Source: Curvularia clavata
Lineage: Eukaryota
Length of the DNA: 64,000 nucleotides
Assembly: GCA_023920165.1 (NCBI GenBank)
Contig: CP089278.1
Span: 682,001 to 746,000, forward strand
Direction of reading: 5' to 3'
The notes under the pieces are model-generated. The model did no database searches. It was not told the DNA's origin and worked only from the letters and a program-made list of their open reading frames with translations. This document shows positions 49,757 through 61,337 of the stretch, piece after piece. Numbering within the stretch: the stretch's first letter is position 1; every line of letters starts with the position of its first letter. The position numbers were made by a program, and so were the translations under genes.

Positions 49757-51346
49757 ATGGCGGCGGCAACGGACCTGGAGAAAGCCCCTCGCGACGTGGC
49801 GACGTCACCGGAATACTTGACGGAAACACGCTCACACGTTGTCAATGAGGACCGTCTGCGCCGCTCTCTTTCGGCGCGCCAAGTACAGATGATAGCGATC
49901 GGAGGTACCATTGGAACCGGTCTCTTCCTTGGTACTGGGAAAGCGCTCGCGACTGGAGGACCCGCTTCGCTACTAATCTGCTACTCCATCGTCGGCTTCA
50001 TCGTCTTTTGTACTATGCTGTCCTTGGGGGAAATGTCAGCTTTCGTGCCTGTTGCGGGATCCTTCTGCACATTTGCCGGGCGCTACGTCGACGACTCGTT
50101 TGGTTTTGCGCTGACTTGGAATTACTGGTTCAACGACGCTGTTAGCACGGCAGCGGACTTGGTTGCGCTACAGTTGCTGATTCAGTACTGGAGCGAAAAT
50201 GTTCCATGGTATGCGTTGGGCATCGCTGTGTGGGTGCTCATCGTTCTGGCGAATATTATCAATGTCAAAGCGTACGGCGAGTTGGAATATTGGCTCAGCT
50301 TGCTCAAGGTAGTGACGATTATCATCTTCATTATCTTGAGTATCGCAGTAAACGCCGGTGGAAACGTTGGCTATGGCTATATCGGAGGAAAATACTGGAC
50401 GATTGGCGACGCGCCTTTTGTGGGAGGGATTGGAGGCTTCGCGTCCGTCTTCGTTACTGCATCCTTCGCTTATGGCGGAACCGAATCCATCGCTATCACG
50501 GCCGGAGAGACTCGTGATCCAGCTCGCAACCTTCCAAAGGTGGTCAAGAATGTCTTCTGGCGCATTCTGCTCTTTTACATTCTTACCGCTATCATGATTG
50601 GCTTCAACATCCCTTACAACTATCCTGGACTCAGCACGAAATCCAGCCGGACGTCACCATTCACTATTGCGTTCCAGATGGCGGGCTCCAAAGCTGCAGG
50701 TTCATTCGTCAACGCCGTTATCCTCACGAGTGTCATCTCCGCTGGAAACCACGCTCTTTACGCCGGATCGAGACTGCTCTACACTCTCGGCTCAAACGGA
50801 CATGCCCCCAAAGTCTTCACCAAGTTGACTCGCTACCAAGTTCCGTGGGTTTCGGTTCTGACAACGAGTTTGGTTTCTATCGTTCTTTTCTCCCTCTCAT
50901 TTGCTGGATCCGGCCAAGTATGGACCTGGCTTCAAAACATCGTTGGTGTTTCCAACCAATTGAGCTGGATTTGCATCGGTATCGCGTCTCTTCGTTTCCG
51001 CGCTGGCCTGAAAGCGCAGGGCAAAACGCATCTTCTTCCCTTCCGCAACTGGATGTATCCCTGGGGCCCAATCATTTGCATTGTTCTGAACACCTTTATT
51101 GTCTTGGTGCAAGGTTGGACAGCATTCAGCCCGAGTTTCGCATCCGTAGACTTTGTCAGCTTCTACCTCGAATTGCCGGTTTTCTTCGTCATGATCGTGG
51201 GATGGAAGCTGCTGAAGAAGACGAAGTTCAGGAGAGCGAGCGAGATGGATCTGGAGACGGATGTGTATACGAAAGATGATATGGAGCCTGAAGAGAAGGG
51301 ATGGAAAGGCACAGGAAAGCGAGTAGCGACCTGGTTCTGCTTTTAG
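49757..51346 (+). CDS. Amino-acid permease (APC superfamily, YAT family)
   Basis: LRRSLSARQVQMIAIGGTIGTGLFLG, LGEMS, GFALTWNYW, YGELEYW, FAYGGTE; 529 aa, intronless. Confidence 0.95.
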   Translation: MAAATDLEKAPRDVATSPEYLTETRSHVVNEDRLRRSLSARQVQMIAIGGTIGTGLFLGTGKALATGGPASLLICYSIVGFIVFCTMLSLGEMSAFVPVAGSFCTFAGRYVDDSFGFALTWNYWFNDAVSTAADLVALQLLIQYWSENVPWYALGIAVWVLIVLANIINVKAYGELEYWLSLLKVVTIIIFIILSIAVNAGGNVGYGYIGGKYWTIGDAPFVGGIGGFASVFVTASFAYGGTESIAITAGETRDPARNLPKVVKNVFWRILLFYILTAIMIGFNIPYNYPGLSTKSSRTSPFTIAFQMAGSKAAGSFVNAVILTSVISAGNHALYAGSRLLYTLGSNGHAPKVFTKLTRYQVPWVSVLTTSLVSIVLFSLSFAGSGQVWTWLQNIVGVSNQLSWICIGIASLRFRAGLKAQGKTHLLPFRNWMYPWGPIICIVLNTFIVLVQGWTAFSPSFASVDFVSFYLELPVFFVMIVGWKLLKKTKFRRASEMDLETDVYTKDDMEPEEKGWKGTGKRVATWFCF

Positions 51347-52671
51347 GCCCTGGTATTATTCGTTTTACGTTTTTTTGTGATGTAACAGCTCGATGAGAGC
51401 TGCAAAATTATAATGTCTATGCATGATAGTAATATGACGCTTTTCTTCGGTTTTGAGTGGATGGCTGCCACGTGATTTTCATGTTTCCTTCGTACCAGTC
51501 CTAAGCATGCCAATAGCACCTGACAGTTGCTTCGGTTAGCGCTATAGTGTTGATTGCCAGATCCTGATGAGTTCTGTGCCACTATGCCGCTGATTTTTGA
51601 GCTTCAACAACTCAAGGCTCTACTATGCATGACTGTAAACGCCTATTGCTTAAGTCAACGCTAACAAGATCTTCAGCTCATTTTTACGTCACCCTGCAAT
51701 GATTTTTCTGGAACTTCTGGATTGTAGAAACTTGCTTTTCTGAGTTGTTTGTTGTCTTTTGGCAAAATGAGCAGCGTGCATGTCTTACGCAAAGCGAAGA
51801 CGGCCAGATCGTACAGTCTCTGGGCCGACTAACCATGAACACTGCATTTCACTATTAATGGGTCAACATACGAGCAATATCACAGCGTAAAAACCTGGGA
51901 CGTTAGAGTTGACGCATACCTCATCGCGATTTGAGTCTCGCAATGACATCCTACACAAATTCTTGTTAACTCGCGTCCTGTGTGTGATGAGAGCTACTCA
52001 CATCCCAAGCGTCAAATTCTTGGTGGAAGAGATAAACTAAGAGCAATCAACAGCTTTGAGTAAGCCAATCGTCGATTCTTTACACAACAAATTGCTAGCG
52101 AACTTCTCTAGCGATTCACTGGTTGAGATATTGGGAGTGAAGAGTAAGCTGCTAAGAGTGCGCAAAACAAAGCATATTCTAACACGTTTAGAACCGATGG
52201 ATCATTGATTAAATTAGCATTCTCAAAGGGGTTTGAATGCCGTGTATGTACCTCACCGAGGTCTAACTATGTCTGAACTTAACGTCTGAGCGGTGTTCAG
52301 TCGTCCTGTAAATTCTGGGCGTAAGATGAACACTTGGGTTCCGCGAGCCACACAGAGACAGCACGTATTAAGAAGTAAACTGAAGCAATTTCATTCAATG
52401 AGATGCTCATATTCAATCCGACATATAGTGATACATTCCCAGTTCATTATTGCTACAGAGCTAGGGGTACCGAACCGGTATAATGACATATTTAAAACTG
52501 GTATATTGCTTCGTCTTTTGTGAATGTAAATGCTGAAATGAGGGGTCTTTCGCTATTTTTGGTCTCTCTCATAATGCACATTGCTTGTTGTGAGCATTAA
52601 AAACAATCTTGGTGTTGCATCAAGTGAACGTGGTGATGGAAGGGAGAAGCGCACTCGGGCCGAGAGAGGCT

Positions 52672-52704
52672 TTATCGATAAGACCTAGACTTCCCCAAAA
52701 TTTC
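52672..52704 (+). promoter_or_regulatory. PAC-like (TTATCGATAAG) and RRPE-like (AAAATTTC) ribosome-biogenesis promoter elements
   Basis: Perfect palindrome TTATCGATAA at 52672-52681 and AAAATTTC at 52697-52704, 35-65 bp upstream of the BUD22 ATG. Confidence 0.45.
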
Positions 52705-52737
52705 GGCGCAAAACAACCCAATCACCATTAGCTCACC

Positions 52738-54108
52738 ATGCCCAAACGAAAGCGCTCCTCACCCTCTGGCGGCAGCGAGCCCACGATCGCATCAACGCCT
52801 GCGAAACGCGCTAAACACTGCGAGAAGCGTCTCGCCGACGTGCAAAAGCCTCTCCTCCAAGCATTGCGCCATGCCTCAAACCTTGAGCGCCAAAAACACA
52901 GTCGCAGAAAGAAGGTTGCGACAAAGAAGAACGACGCAAAGACTCTTGCTCGTCTGGAGACCGAGTACCAGATGCTGAAAGCGCTCAATCTAGAACAGCT
53001 TGCCGATCAACATTTGCGTAAGACATTGGCGAGGGTGAAAAGCTTGAAGGATGCCGAACCGCTACAGGAATATATTGCGGGAATACGAGAGGGAAGCAAG
53101 GACTCGAACACACTGAATGTCACAGCGCGGCTGTTCAAAGTCAAGCATGTGACAAAAATAGTGGATGGCGTGATTGAGGATTTGAAGGGTATACTGGGAG
53201 TCACCAAGGGCAAAGAAGGTGCGAAGGGAGAAGCGAGTGAAGCGAAGGCGCAAGAGCAGAAGAGCAAGGAAATTACAAAGAAGGAAGATGTGGATATGGA
53301 AGATGTGAGCGACGAGGGAGATGATCCGTACATGGCTTTCAGCGCGCGGATAGCAGAGCCTTCATCAGGGGAGGACGATGACGAAGCCTCTGTGGCAGGC
53401 GACGAGCGACCGCCGAGCGTTTTGGACAGCGAGAGCGAACACGATCCTGAAGATGACCTCGATGCTGAGAGTGAGAGCGAAGATGAGAGTGTAGGTGGAG
53501 TTGAGGAGGCCAACGGCCGAATCGGCGAACCGTCATCGGACGAGGAATCTGAAGCATCAGGCTCTGAGTCTGGCTCGGACTCGGACGAAGCCGCGATACC
53601 CACCAAAAAGGCCAAGACCAAAGCTGTTGAAGCGAAGCCTACAACATCTGCTTTCATCCCGGCCCTTAGTCACGCTGCCTACTTCTCCGGTTCCGAATCA
53701 GAAGCCTCAGACCTAGACGTCGACATGGCTCCACGAAAGAATCGCCGCGGCCAGCGCGCGCGTCAAAAACTTGCAGAATTGAAATATGGCCAGAAAGCCA
53801 AGCATCTCGAAAAGGCGCAACGCACAGCCACCTTTGATCCCAAACGCGGCGCGGTCAGCGGCACTGATAAGCGTCAAAGACGAGGCAAGCCAATGGGTCC
53901 CGGACCGCAGCAGAGCGGAGGCAATGCAGAGCCCTTGGGCGAGCGAAATGACAAGAAGGATCGGAAGATGGGTATTGGTGCGAAGAGAGATGACAAGGGC
54001 GAGCTGCATCCCTCGTGGCAGGCAGCGAAGAAGGCCAAGGAGAGCACGAAGCTTAAGATTGATGTCAGCGGGACCAAGCCGGCTGGAAAGAAGGTTGTTT
54101 TTGATTGA
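52738..54108 (+). CDS. BUD22: Bud22 / SRFB1-family ribosome biogenesis protein
   Basis: ERQKHSRRK N-region, acidic middle, RKNRRGQRARQKLAELKYG..AKH, and C-terminal LHPSWQAAKKAKE...PAGKKVVFD. Confidence 0.92.
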   Translation: MPKRKRSSPSGGSEPTIASTPAKRAKHCEKRLADVQKPLLQALRHASNLERQKHSRRKKVATKKNDAKTLARLETEYQMLKALNLEQLADQHLRKTLARVKSLKDAEPLQEYIAGIREGSKDSNTLNVTARLFKVKHVTKIVDGVIEDLKGILGVTKGKEGAKGEASEAKAQEQKSKEITKKEDVDMEDVSDEGDDPYMAFSARIAEPSSGEDDDEASVAGDERPPSVLDSESEHDPEDDLDAESESEDESVGGVEEANGRIGEPSSDEESEASGSESGSDSDEAAIPTKKAKTKAVEAKPTTSAFIPALSHAAYFSGSESEASDLDVDMAPRKNRRGQRARQKLAELKYGQKAKHLEKAQRTATFDPKRGAVSGTDKRQRRGKPMGPGPQQSGGNAEPLGERNDKKDRKMGIGAKRDDKGELHPSWQAAKKAKESTKLKIDVSGTKPAGKKVVFD

Positions 54109-55146
54109 GATACCCAGAAGAGTGGAATGCAAATGTTCTATCAATCGATTGAGGTCACTTTCACATTGGGTACATGATCCGCAAGGCCTGGTTGAAACGA
54201 ATCTTTCTCCTTGAATTATTACGTGGCCGACAATCCATAGCTGATTCGCCGCAACTAAATCTAACCATTTTGTTTAGTGTACAGCAACATAGCTCTTCTG
54301 TGGGTTTGTTTTGTTACGAGAACGCCTTTCTATGGTACAAAGGGAAAGACAACATGTCGCTAAACTGGTCGCCTTGATTGTCTACCATGAGATGTGCATT
54401 TTAGCACTGTGATTACTGGATGCTCTTGAGCCCCTTTTTCAAATGACTCAATCCAACCATTTGCTGGTGACAGTTTGGAATAAATCGACAGCGTATAAAC
54501 AAGACATGACGTCTTTCTACTCGCCGAATGAGTATATTAATCTCAGGCGAGGAGTGGCGCAGCAGAGGAGCTGAGTGCAACCGGAGCCAGTGCCCCTGAG
54601 CTGCGCCTCAAAAATTTGGCCACGGTGGGGCCGAGGGACACAATTGCAGGCGGCGGAAAGGGTCCATCCGCTCTACCCGGCGTGCCAAGAAAGCTTGAGA
54701 AAGCTTGACGCAGGGCGCCTTGCTGTCAACTTTTGCAACAAAGGTGGGTGTTGACTGTCATGCTGGCAACACCTGCGTGTCTACAATGATCTGTTTTTGG
54801 ATCTTGTTTTGTAATAATAAAGTTTGGGGTCAATGGCTCGGCCCAGTCCAGACTTCCGAAGTAACGGCACCGCCTCACCGAGATTGCGCCACGTTTCAAC
54901 ATGCGGCGTACACTATCCTGCGGTAGGGTTCTCGTGGATAGACTAAGCTGCAGGTGCACGATGCACGACCGCTACCGAGGTCGGATTAGGATCAATTAAA
55001 TGCCGCTTTCCTCTGACTACTTATACCTTTGCCCCTCTAACAGCTCGCCATCCATCCTTACTATCCACTCTACTCGCCATTGCTCTTCCTGCAACCTCGC
55101 TTACGCCCACACCTCCCCACGTTTCTCTTGCCCCACCCACTTCACA

Positions 55147-56055
55147 ATGGGCTTCCTTAAGGATTTGATGTCAGAATTCAAAGGCGCCAGTAACGGCGGC
55201 CAGCAACAGCAAGAACAATCCGGATACTCCGGCTATCCACCACAACAAGGATACCCGCCACAACAAGGATACCCACCCCAGCAACAGGGATATCCGCCAC
55301 AACAGCAGTCACCTCAGCCACCACCAGTTTCCTACCCGTGGCACGCAGAATGGGATGGACGTGAGAACCGCTGGATCTTTGTGAACCAGCAAAACGGCGA
55401 GCGCACATTCAACTACCCCGGCCCCGGTTACGCACAACAACAGGGCGACTACGGTGCCCCACAAGGCGGTTATGGCTACGGCCAAGGCGGCTACAGCAAC
55501 CAGGGCGCAGCCAACCAGAGCTCATATGACCCTACTCGTGGATCTGAGGAGAAGAAGAGCGGAGGCAACGGATGGAAGTACGCCGCAGCCGGTGCGGCTG
55601 GTCTTGCAGGCGGCGCGCTTCTAATGCACGAGAGCGATAAGATTGGTAGGTTCTCTACTTCACTATTGCCAACAATTGACTAACGCACATGAACAGAGGA
55701 AGGCTGGGACAACGCCAAGGAGCACGTCGCCAACGACGTCGACCAATTCGGCAACAACGTTGAAAATTTCCCTGAAAATGCATCCCGCTGGACTGGCGAG
55801 CAGGTCGGCCGCGTTGAGAACTTTGGCGACGACGTAGAGCAAAAGTGGGATAATGGCGTTCAGGATGTTGAAGATTTCCCAGAGAACGCGGCTAGGTGGA
55901 CGGGTGAGAAGGTCCAGGAAGTGGAGGATATCCCGCAAGACATTGAGAATAAGTGGGATAATATGACTGATGGCGTAGAGCGGTTCGGAGACAACATGGA
56001 GAACGCGTATGATGAGGGCAGGGATGAGCAGAGATACGAAGATGACGATTATTGA
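55147..56055 (+). CDS. WW-domain protein (Wwm1-like) with Q/G/Y/P-rich region and acidic C-terminal repeats
   Basis: Exon 55147-55645, intron 55646-55696, exon 55697-56055. WW-like PWHAEWDGRENRWIFVNQQNGERTFNYP; AAGAAGLAGGALL glycine-zipper-like segment; FPEN(A/S)xRWTGE repeats. Confidence 0.8.
55231..55308 (+). repeat. Coding tandem repeat, 18-21 bp unit (GYPPQQ)x4
   Basis: ggctatccaccacaacaa ggatacccgccacaacaa ggatacccaccccagcaacag ggatatccgccacaacagcag. Confidence 0.85.
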
Positions 56056-56983
56056 GCGGGTACGGATGATTAAATAGATATTTCTTTGAAGGGCTTTGTG
56101 AATAAGCAGTCCTGAATTTCAATGTTTTCAAAATGATATTGAACTCTCTTGAATGATACGTGAGAGGATAACAGGTGCTGTAGTCAGTACTAAATTAGCT
56201 TGGTAGCATTTATATTTGACTAGGCTATCTCCAAGCACGTAGTAAGATGCGGCCGCTGATGTCATAGTTCTTACAAGCCTCCGATAATTTTTCTATTGTC
56301 ATTGTTGCATTACCCTTTACTAGCCTCTGCACTATGAGAAAACAGCGTATCAAAAACACAAGAAGAACCTGTGACAGGCTATCGGTGATTGGATATTGTA
56401 ACAAGAATAGTGAATCAGGTTGCCTTAGGAACTAGTGTGTTTGCTGCAAAGTGACTCAGGTGAGCACATGCATCGCTGAAGCGCTGAAGCGCAGGGTACT
56501 CTCACTACTCCCCTACTATCACCTCATTTATTAGCTCGTGCATAAATATTAGAACAATCCCCTTCCTACCATCAATCAACTCTTTCCACTTAGCATACTC
56601 GGGTGGGCCCCTAGCACGACACTGGGTGTTTACTTCCAGATAGGTCAAAGACTTATCACACTAGTCGGCTGATTGTATGATTACTTGTAATAATAGCATG
56701 AGTACAACACCGAAAGTGGCGTAAGTGGGCTGCAGAAGCTAGGGGGGTGCTTCGTTCGAATTAATACGCACGGTAGCATTGGAGCAGCAGATGCGGGAGG
56801 GAGAGTCGTGTGGTTGATCTTTTGCTTTTTTTGAGCAGAGTAGTGACATTGAAGTGAATGGAAGGAAGCACGTGACTGAATGTTTGCCTTGACGCCTCCG
56901 CACCTCATGCCTTCTACATCTCTTTTTAGCGAAACAAAGTTACTATATGAATTGAGTACATTACTGTTTTAGTCAAATGGTCC

Positions 56984-57778
56984 TTATCCATGCATAGCCC
57001 CCCTACGTCCCGCTCCTATCCACCCACCTGCAAACATACCTCTGCCCCGGCCTCGAGGAGCCTCATACGGCGGATTCGCTACGCCAAACACTCCGACCGT
57101 TGGTGTTCCTTCTTCTCCTGCTCTCGTACCCCCTCCGCCATAGCCTGCTTCCAGCATTCCTCTACCCCTACCAGCAGACCGCGTCGCCAAAGACGGCGCA
57201 TACCCCCGCGAACCCATGCTCTCAGAGCCCGAATAGCCAGCACCATAACCACGATTTCCCTCAGCAGCAAACTGAGATCCCTGCTCAAACTGTACACTTC
57301 CTTCTTGATGATACATAGCCGCCCTCCTATGTGCCCTTGCCCGAGCCAATCCATCAACGACACCACGCCTTACAGTTCCCCTCCTCGCGGATCCCGCTCG
57401 GAGGTAAGGCCCAGCGTATACATTTTCTTGAAGCAAACCTTCCGATATACCTAGCTCACGCTGAGAACCACCGTACACGTCTTCTTGAGGCAAATATTCT
57501 GGCCCGCGTAGTCTCCGCATATCGTTCGGGTCTCTTGGATTCCGACACGGGACGAAGCGTCTTTGGCTCTCTGGAATAGGTGCGTTGCGCGAGCGTCTTC
57601 GGCGGTAGTCGGGAGGAGGTATGGGGGAGAGGAAGCAGTCGGGAGAGTTGGGGTCGCCGTCTATGTTGTGGGTTAGTTTAGGTTTCTTGAAGTGTCCAGG
57701 GAAGCGAGGGGGGAAGGGGAGTGTACGCATGTATAGCGGTGGTGGGGTTTTGTCTCTGAAGAACTTGAAGAGACCCAT
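56984..57778 (-). CDS. Hypothetical low-complexity Pro/Arg/Gly-rich protein
   Basis: 264-aa ATG-initiated ORF with ACAATATG start context; no recognisable domain. Confidence 0.5.
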   Translation of the reverse strand: MGLFKFFRDKTPPPLYMRTLPFPPRFPGHFKKPKLTHNIDGDPNSPDCFLSPIPPPDYRRRRSRNAPIPESQRRFVPCRNPRDPNDMRRLRGPEYLPQEDVYGGSQRELGISEGLLQENVYAGPYLRAGSARRGTVRRGVVDGLARARAHRRAAMYHQEGSVQFEQGSQFAAEGNRGYGAGYSGSESMGSRGYAPSLATRSAGRGRGMLEAGYGGGGTRAGEEGTPTVGVFGVANPPYEAPRGRGRGMFAGGWIGAGRRGAMHG

Positions 57779-58100
57779 ATTGTTAAATGCTTGATGTTGA
57801 TGTTGAAATTTTGTGTGAGAAGAGGCTGTTGAGGAGGATGCTGGAGATGGAGGCGAGGCATAGGGAGAGATGTTGTTATTGATGGACAGGTAACTTGAAT
57901 GAGAGTTGCAGGTAATGAGTGCAGCATGAGCTGTACACTGGTAGTGGACACTTCACAATTACTGTGACTGCAATCACGAAACTCGAAGGCGTGAAGATCC
58001 ATTGATATATTTTAATCTAAATCCATAGATGTGATCTATATAACTTCCATATGTACAAACATGGTCATACTCTACTATGTTACATGAGTGATGCCTACTT

Positions 58101-59706
58101 TTAGAAGAAAGAATTCAGTCCATCCTTGCGCCTCAGCGCGACATGCAGGAAGATATACACTACCACACCGAAGCCCAACATGCCCGAAATGACGCCAAAG
58201 CCCATGAGATACTTGGGCTTGTCATCAGCCGGGAAAAGGTATGCACCGTAGATTTGCGCGAGGTTGCCTAGCGCATTGACTAATGCAATAGCAATGGCTC
58301 TGACTTCAGGCTGCATAGAGCCAAACGTCGCACTAGCATACGATAGCGAGACGGCGTTGGATGCCCACAGCCCAGCTGCCATAAGAACGAGGAGTGCGTA
58401 GCGTGCGGTGAAGTTGTAGATCACACAGACTAAGATAGAGGTTATAAGCGAGAAGGTGAGCCAGCCTGCAATGACGAGACCGCGGTGCATAGAGATGGAG
58501 TCGGCAAAATATGTGGTCACTGCGGTGCAGACGAATGCGACGGCGTAGATGGGAACGGTCATGTATTGTGCGGTGACGGTGTCTTTGTAGCCGAGGCCGT
58601 TGACGAGCGTGGGGTAGAAATAGGAGAGGGTGGAGGAGCCAACGATGACCTGAGTGGTGTTAGTAAGGTTTCGCTGAAGACCAAGGTGAGTTGCTTGCCA
58701 TGTAACCAAGGACGAATCCAACAGTTCGCCAATCGAAGATAGCGAGGCGGAAAGAGGTGAGCCTGCCGATTCTCACATCGCCGTCGACGTGGGTTTGCAC
58801 ACCGGCTCCTTGGAGACGCGCAGTGGCGATCATTCGCTCGCGGTCAGTCAATCGCTTCGTGTTCGCGGGGAAATCTAAAAGGAGGAAGGATGAGACTCCA
58901 GCCCAGATAATAGTCGCAGCTCCTTCGATTATAAACAGCCAGCGCCAACTGCTCATCCGTTAGCTCCTGGTCTTTGGAAATAGAGTGAATAACTCAGGAA
59001 TCATGAAGCTATTTCCGACATTAACAGTGAGGGTGAACACTTACCCGCGAAGACCGCCTGCGCCCTCCATACCTCCAGTGATGGCACCTGCGAGGAGACC
59101 GCCAAACGCACCGCTGAGAATAGCTGCCGACATGTACACACCAAAGCGCTTCGACTGCTCGTCCTTTTTGTACCACGAGGAGATGATGAGAATGATGCCA
59201 GGGGCAAAACCAGATTCAAAGACACCAACAAAGATACGAAGCACAACCAGATGCTTAAAGTCGTGGATGGCACCCATACAGCAGGTCAAGGCACCCCAGA
59301 TGGCCATGATGACTGGGAGATAAATGGAAGGCTTCAATCGAACCAAGAGCATATTGGAAGGGGGCTCAAAGGCGACATATGTGACGAAGAAGACTACTAG
59401 AGCAATCGAATACTGGTTTGAAGTAAGGCCAAGATCGGTGGCCATGCCGGCAATCTTCGCATTGCCGATACTATGTCTCGTCAGTTTCTGTGACACAAGA
59501 ATATTGGAAGCTACCTACTTCGTGCGGTCCATGTACGACAATAGATACATCAACCACATGGTTGGGAGGAGGAAAGTGTCAATCTTCTTGACCAGTTGTT
59601 TCTCTTCCTCTGGAGTCCAGGAGAAGTCTTCAGAGACCTCGATGTGTTTTGTTCTGTCCATTTCCTTGACGTCGTCTGCATCGGATGAATGGCGCGTTGA
59701 CGACAT
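58101..59706 (-). CDS. MFS transporter, anion:cation symporter (Tna1/Dal5-like) family
   Basis: Exons 59706-59519, 59470-59045, 58948-58699, 58649-58101 (third intron GC-AG). Motifs LVKKID..LLP, MDRTNIGNAKIAG, FEPPSN, FESGFAPG, SSWYK..E..R, GLRGWRWLFIIEG. Confidence 0.92.
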
Positions 59707-60389
59707 GGTGTTTTAGTGTGGCAAGAGATTGGCCTCGATGAAAACACCTCAGGAAGATACTCCTCAGAGGAGATAAGAATCACTTGTGGCGAGCTTGAAG
59801 ACCCGTTCAAAAGTATACCTCTGATATTTCGTAACACCTGCGAAGCTTTATACAACTTCTCAGCGAAGCTGTGTATCACTTTTCCAGGACTTGGTAGTGA
59901 TTACCCAAAAGGGCTTGGGCTGATTCGCCCCCAGATCGTATCGGGCCTTCTCTGGCTTACCCCAGGTCTTAGGCTGCTAGCCGAAACTGCTGGGGACAGC
60001 CTAGCTGAATGGATGCGTCAATGGCGATGGTTGGCTGCAGTCTGCCACAAAACCGCATGCGTGATAGTCGTAATTGATTGCCTCGATGCGAGCATGTGCC
60101 ACTAAGCGAGGGCTCGCTTGTGAGAACCTTACTGCTGTACTCTCGGTCGTTGCTCCGGTACGGTGATGATTCGCGTTCTTCTCGCGTTCCAAGGATCTTC
60201 GCTAATGAGGTAGAAGTTTGTCTTGCCACCAGATAGCGCGGGGTCAGGAAATGGAGTGTACTTAAACATGCGGGGGAGCCGGCAAAGGGGAAGTTCAGTC
60301 ATCCGTCTCCTTAAGTATCTCAACGCTCTCGCTGTACCTGCCGTATCTCATTTAACTTCCTCAATTTCAGCTCGTTTGAAGTGCCATTT

Positions 60390-61337
60390 ATGTCTCCCTC
60401 AGCAATCACACCGCAGCCTGACCAGACGGCGCCTGCCAACGGTCACACCAATGGAACCCAGGTTGAGCAGAGCGTGCCAAATCCTGTTTATCTCTCCACT
60501 GAGCCAAAGGAAGATTTCGACTGGAAAATTACCCTCAGGGGCAAAGTGATCGCCATCACTGGCGCAAACAGAGGTTGGGTGGCCCCTCTCTGACGCTTGG
60601 AAGCGACACTAACGGGCACTACAGGCATTGGTCTCGGGCTTGCAACGGTATGCCTTGCCAACGATGCCGCCGAAATTTACTCGCTGGATCTCTTTGAGCC
60701 AGGCGAGGATTTTCAGGCACTCCAAAAGGCCAACCCCAAGCGCATCCATTACCTTCACTGCGATGTTACGTCTGAAGAAAGCGTCACCAAGGCTGTTGAC
60801 CAGATTGTCGCGCAGTCGGGCCGGATTGATGGCATGATTGCCAACGCAGGAATGACCAAGCATCAGCCAGCGCTGGACTTTGACCGCCCTCAGCTCGAGC
60901 AGCTATTCAACCTGAACGTGTTTGGTGCTTACTTTTGCGCCACAGCAGCAGCCAAGAAGTTTATCGAGCTAGGAATCAAGGGCTCCATTGTCTTCACTGC
61001 ATCCATGACTTCGTACAGGCCCAACAGGGCTGCGCCGTCTGCTCCATACGGTGGGACAAAAGGTGCTGTTCGCAACATGGCGCACACATTGGCAATGGAG
61101 TGGGCAAAGCATGGTATTCGCGTCAACTCGATTTCACCCGGGTTTGTCCGCACCCAGATGACGTACTACGTGGAAAAGGCACCCGACTGGAACTTGAAGA
61201 TGCAGTACTATGGTGGCATGCCTAGACTGGCTGATCCTCGGGAACTTGGCGGAGCGTACGTGTATCTGCTCTCTGACGGCGCTAGTTATACCACCGGCAT
61301 CGACATTCCCGTCGCAGGCATTGTTGGCGCATGGTAG
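60390..61337 (+). CDS. Short-chain dehydrogenase/reductase, polyol/ketose reductase-like (Sou1/arabinitol dehydrogenase clade)
   Basis: Exon 60390-60573, intron 60574-60624, exon 60625-61337. TGANRGIG Rossmann motif, ANAG, ASM, catalytic YGGTK, EWAKHGIRVNSISPG. Confidence 0.9.

Noticed and set aside
51700..52210. Plus-strand protein-like fragment (..LSKPIVDSLHNKLLANFSSDSLVEILG..) vaguely like a dynamin GED relic
   Set aside because: Too short and stop-ridden; no GTPase motifs found; cannot be supported.
54545..54690. GC-rich stretch starting GGAGTGGCGCAGC that resembles a tRNA A-box or a structured ncRNA
   Set aside because: No B-box (GTTCRA) or cloverleaf could be built; more likely promoter sequence of the WW gene.
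55231..55308. Short direct repeats that might suggest a CRISPR-like array or a KEP/RiPP precursor
   Set aside because: They are in-frame coding GYPPQQ repeats with no spacers, no signal peptide and no KR cleavage sites.
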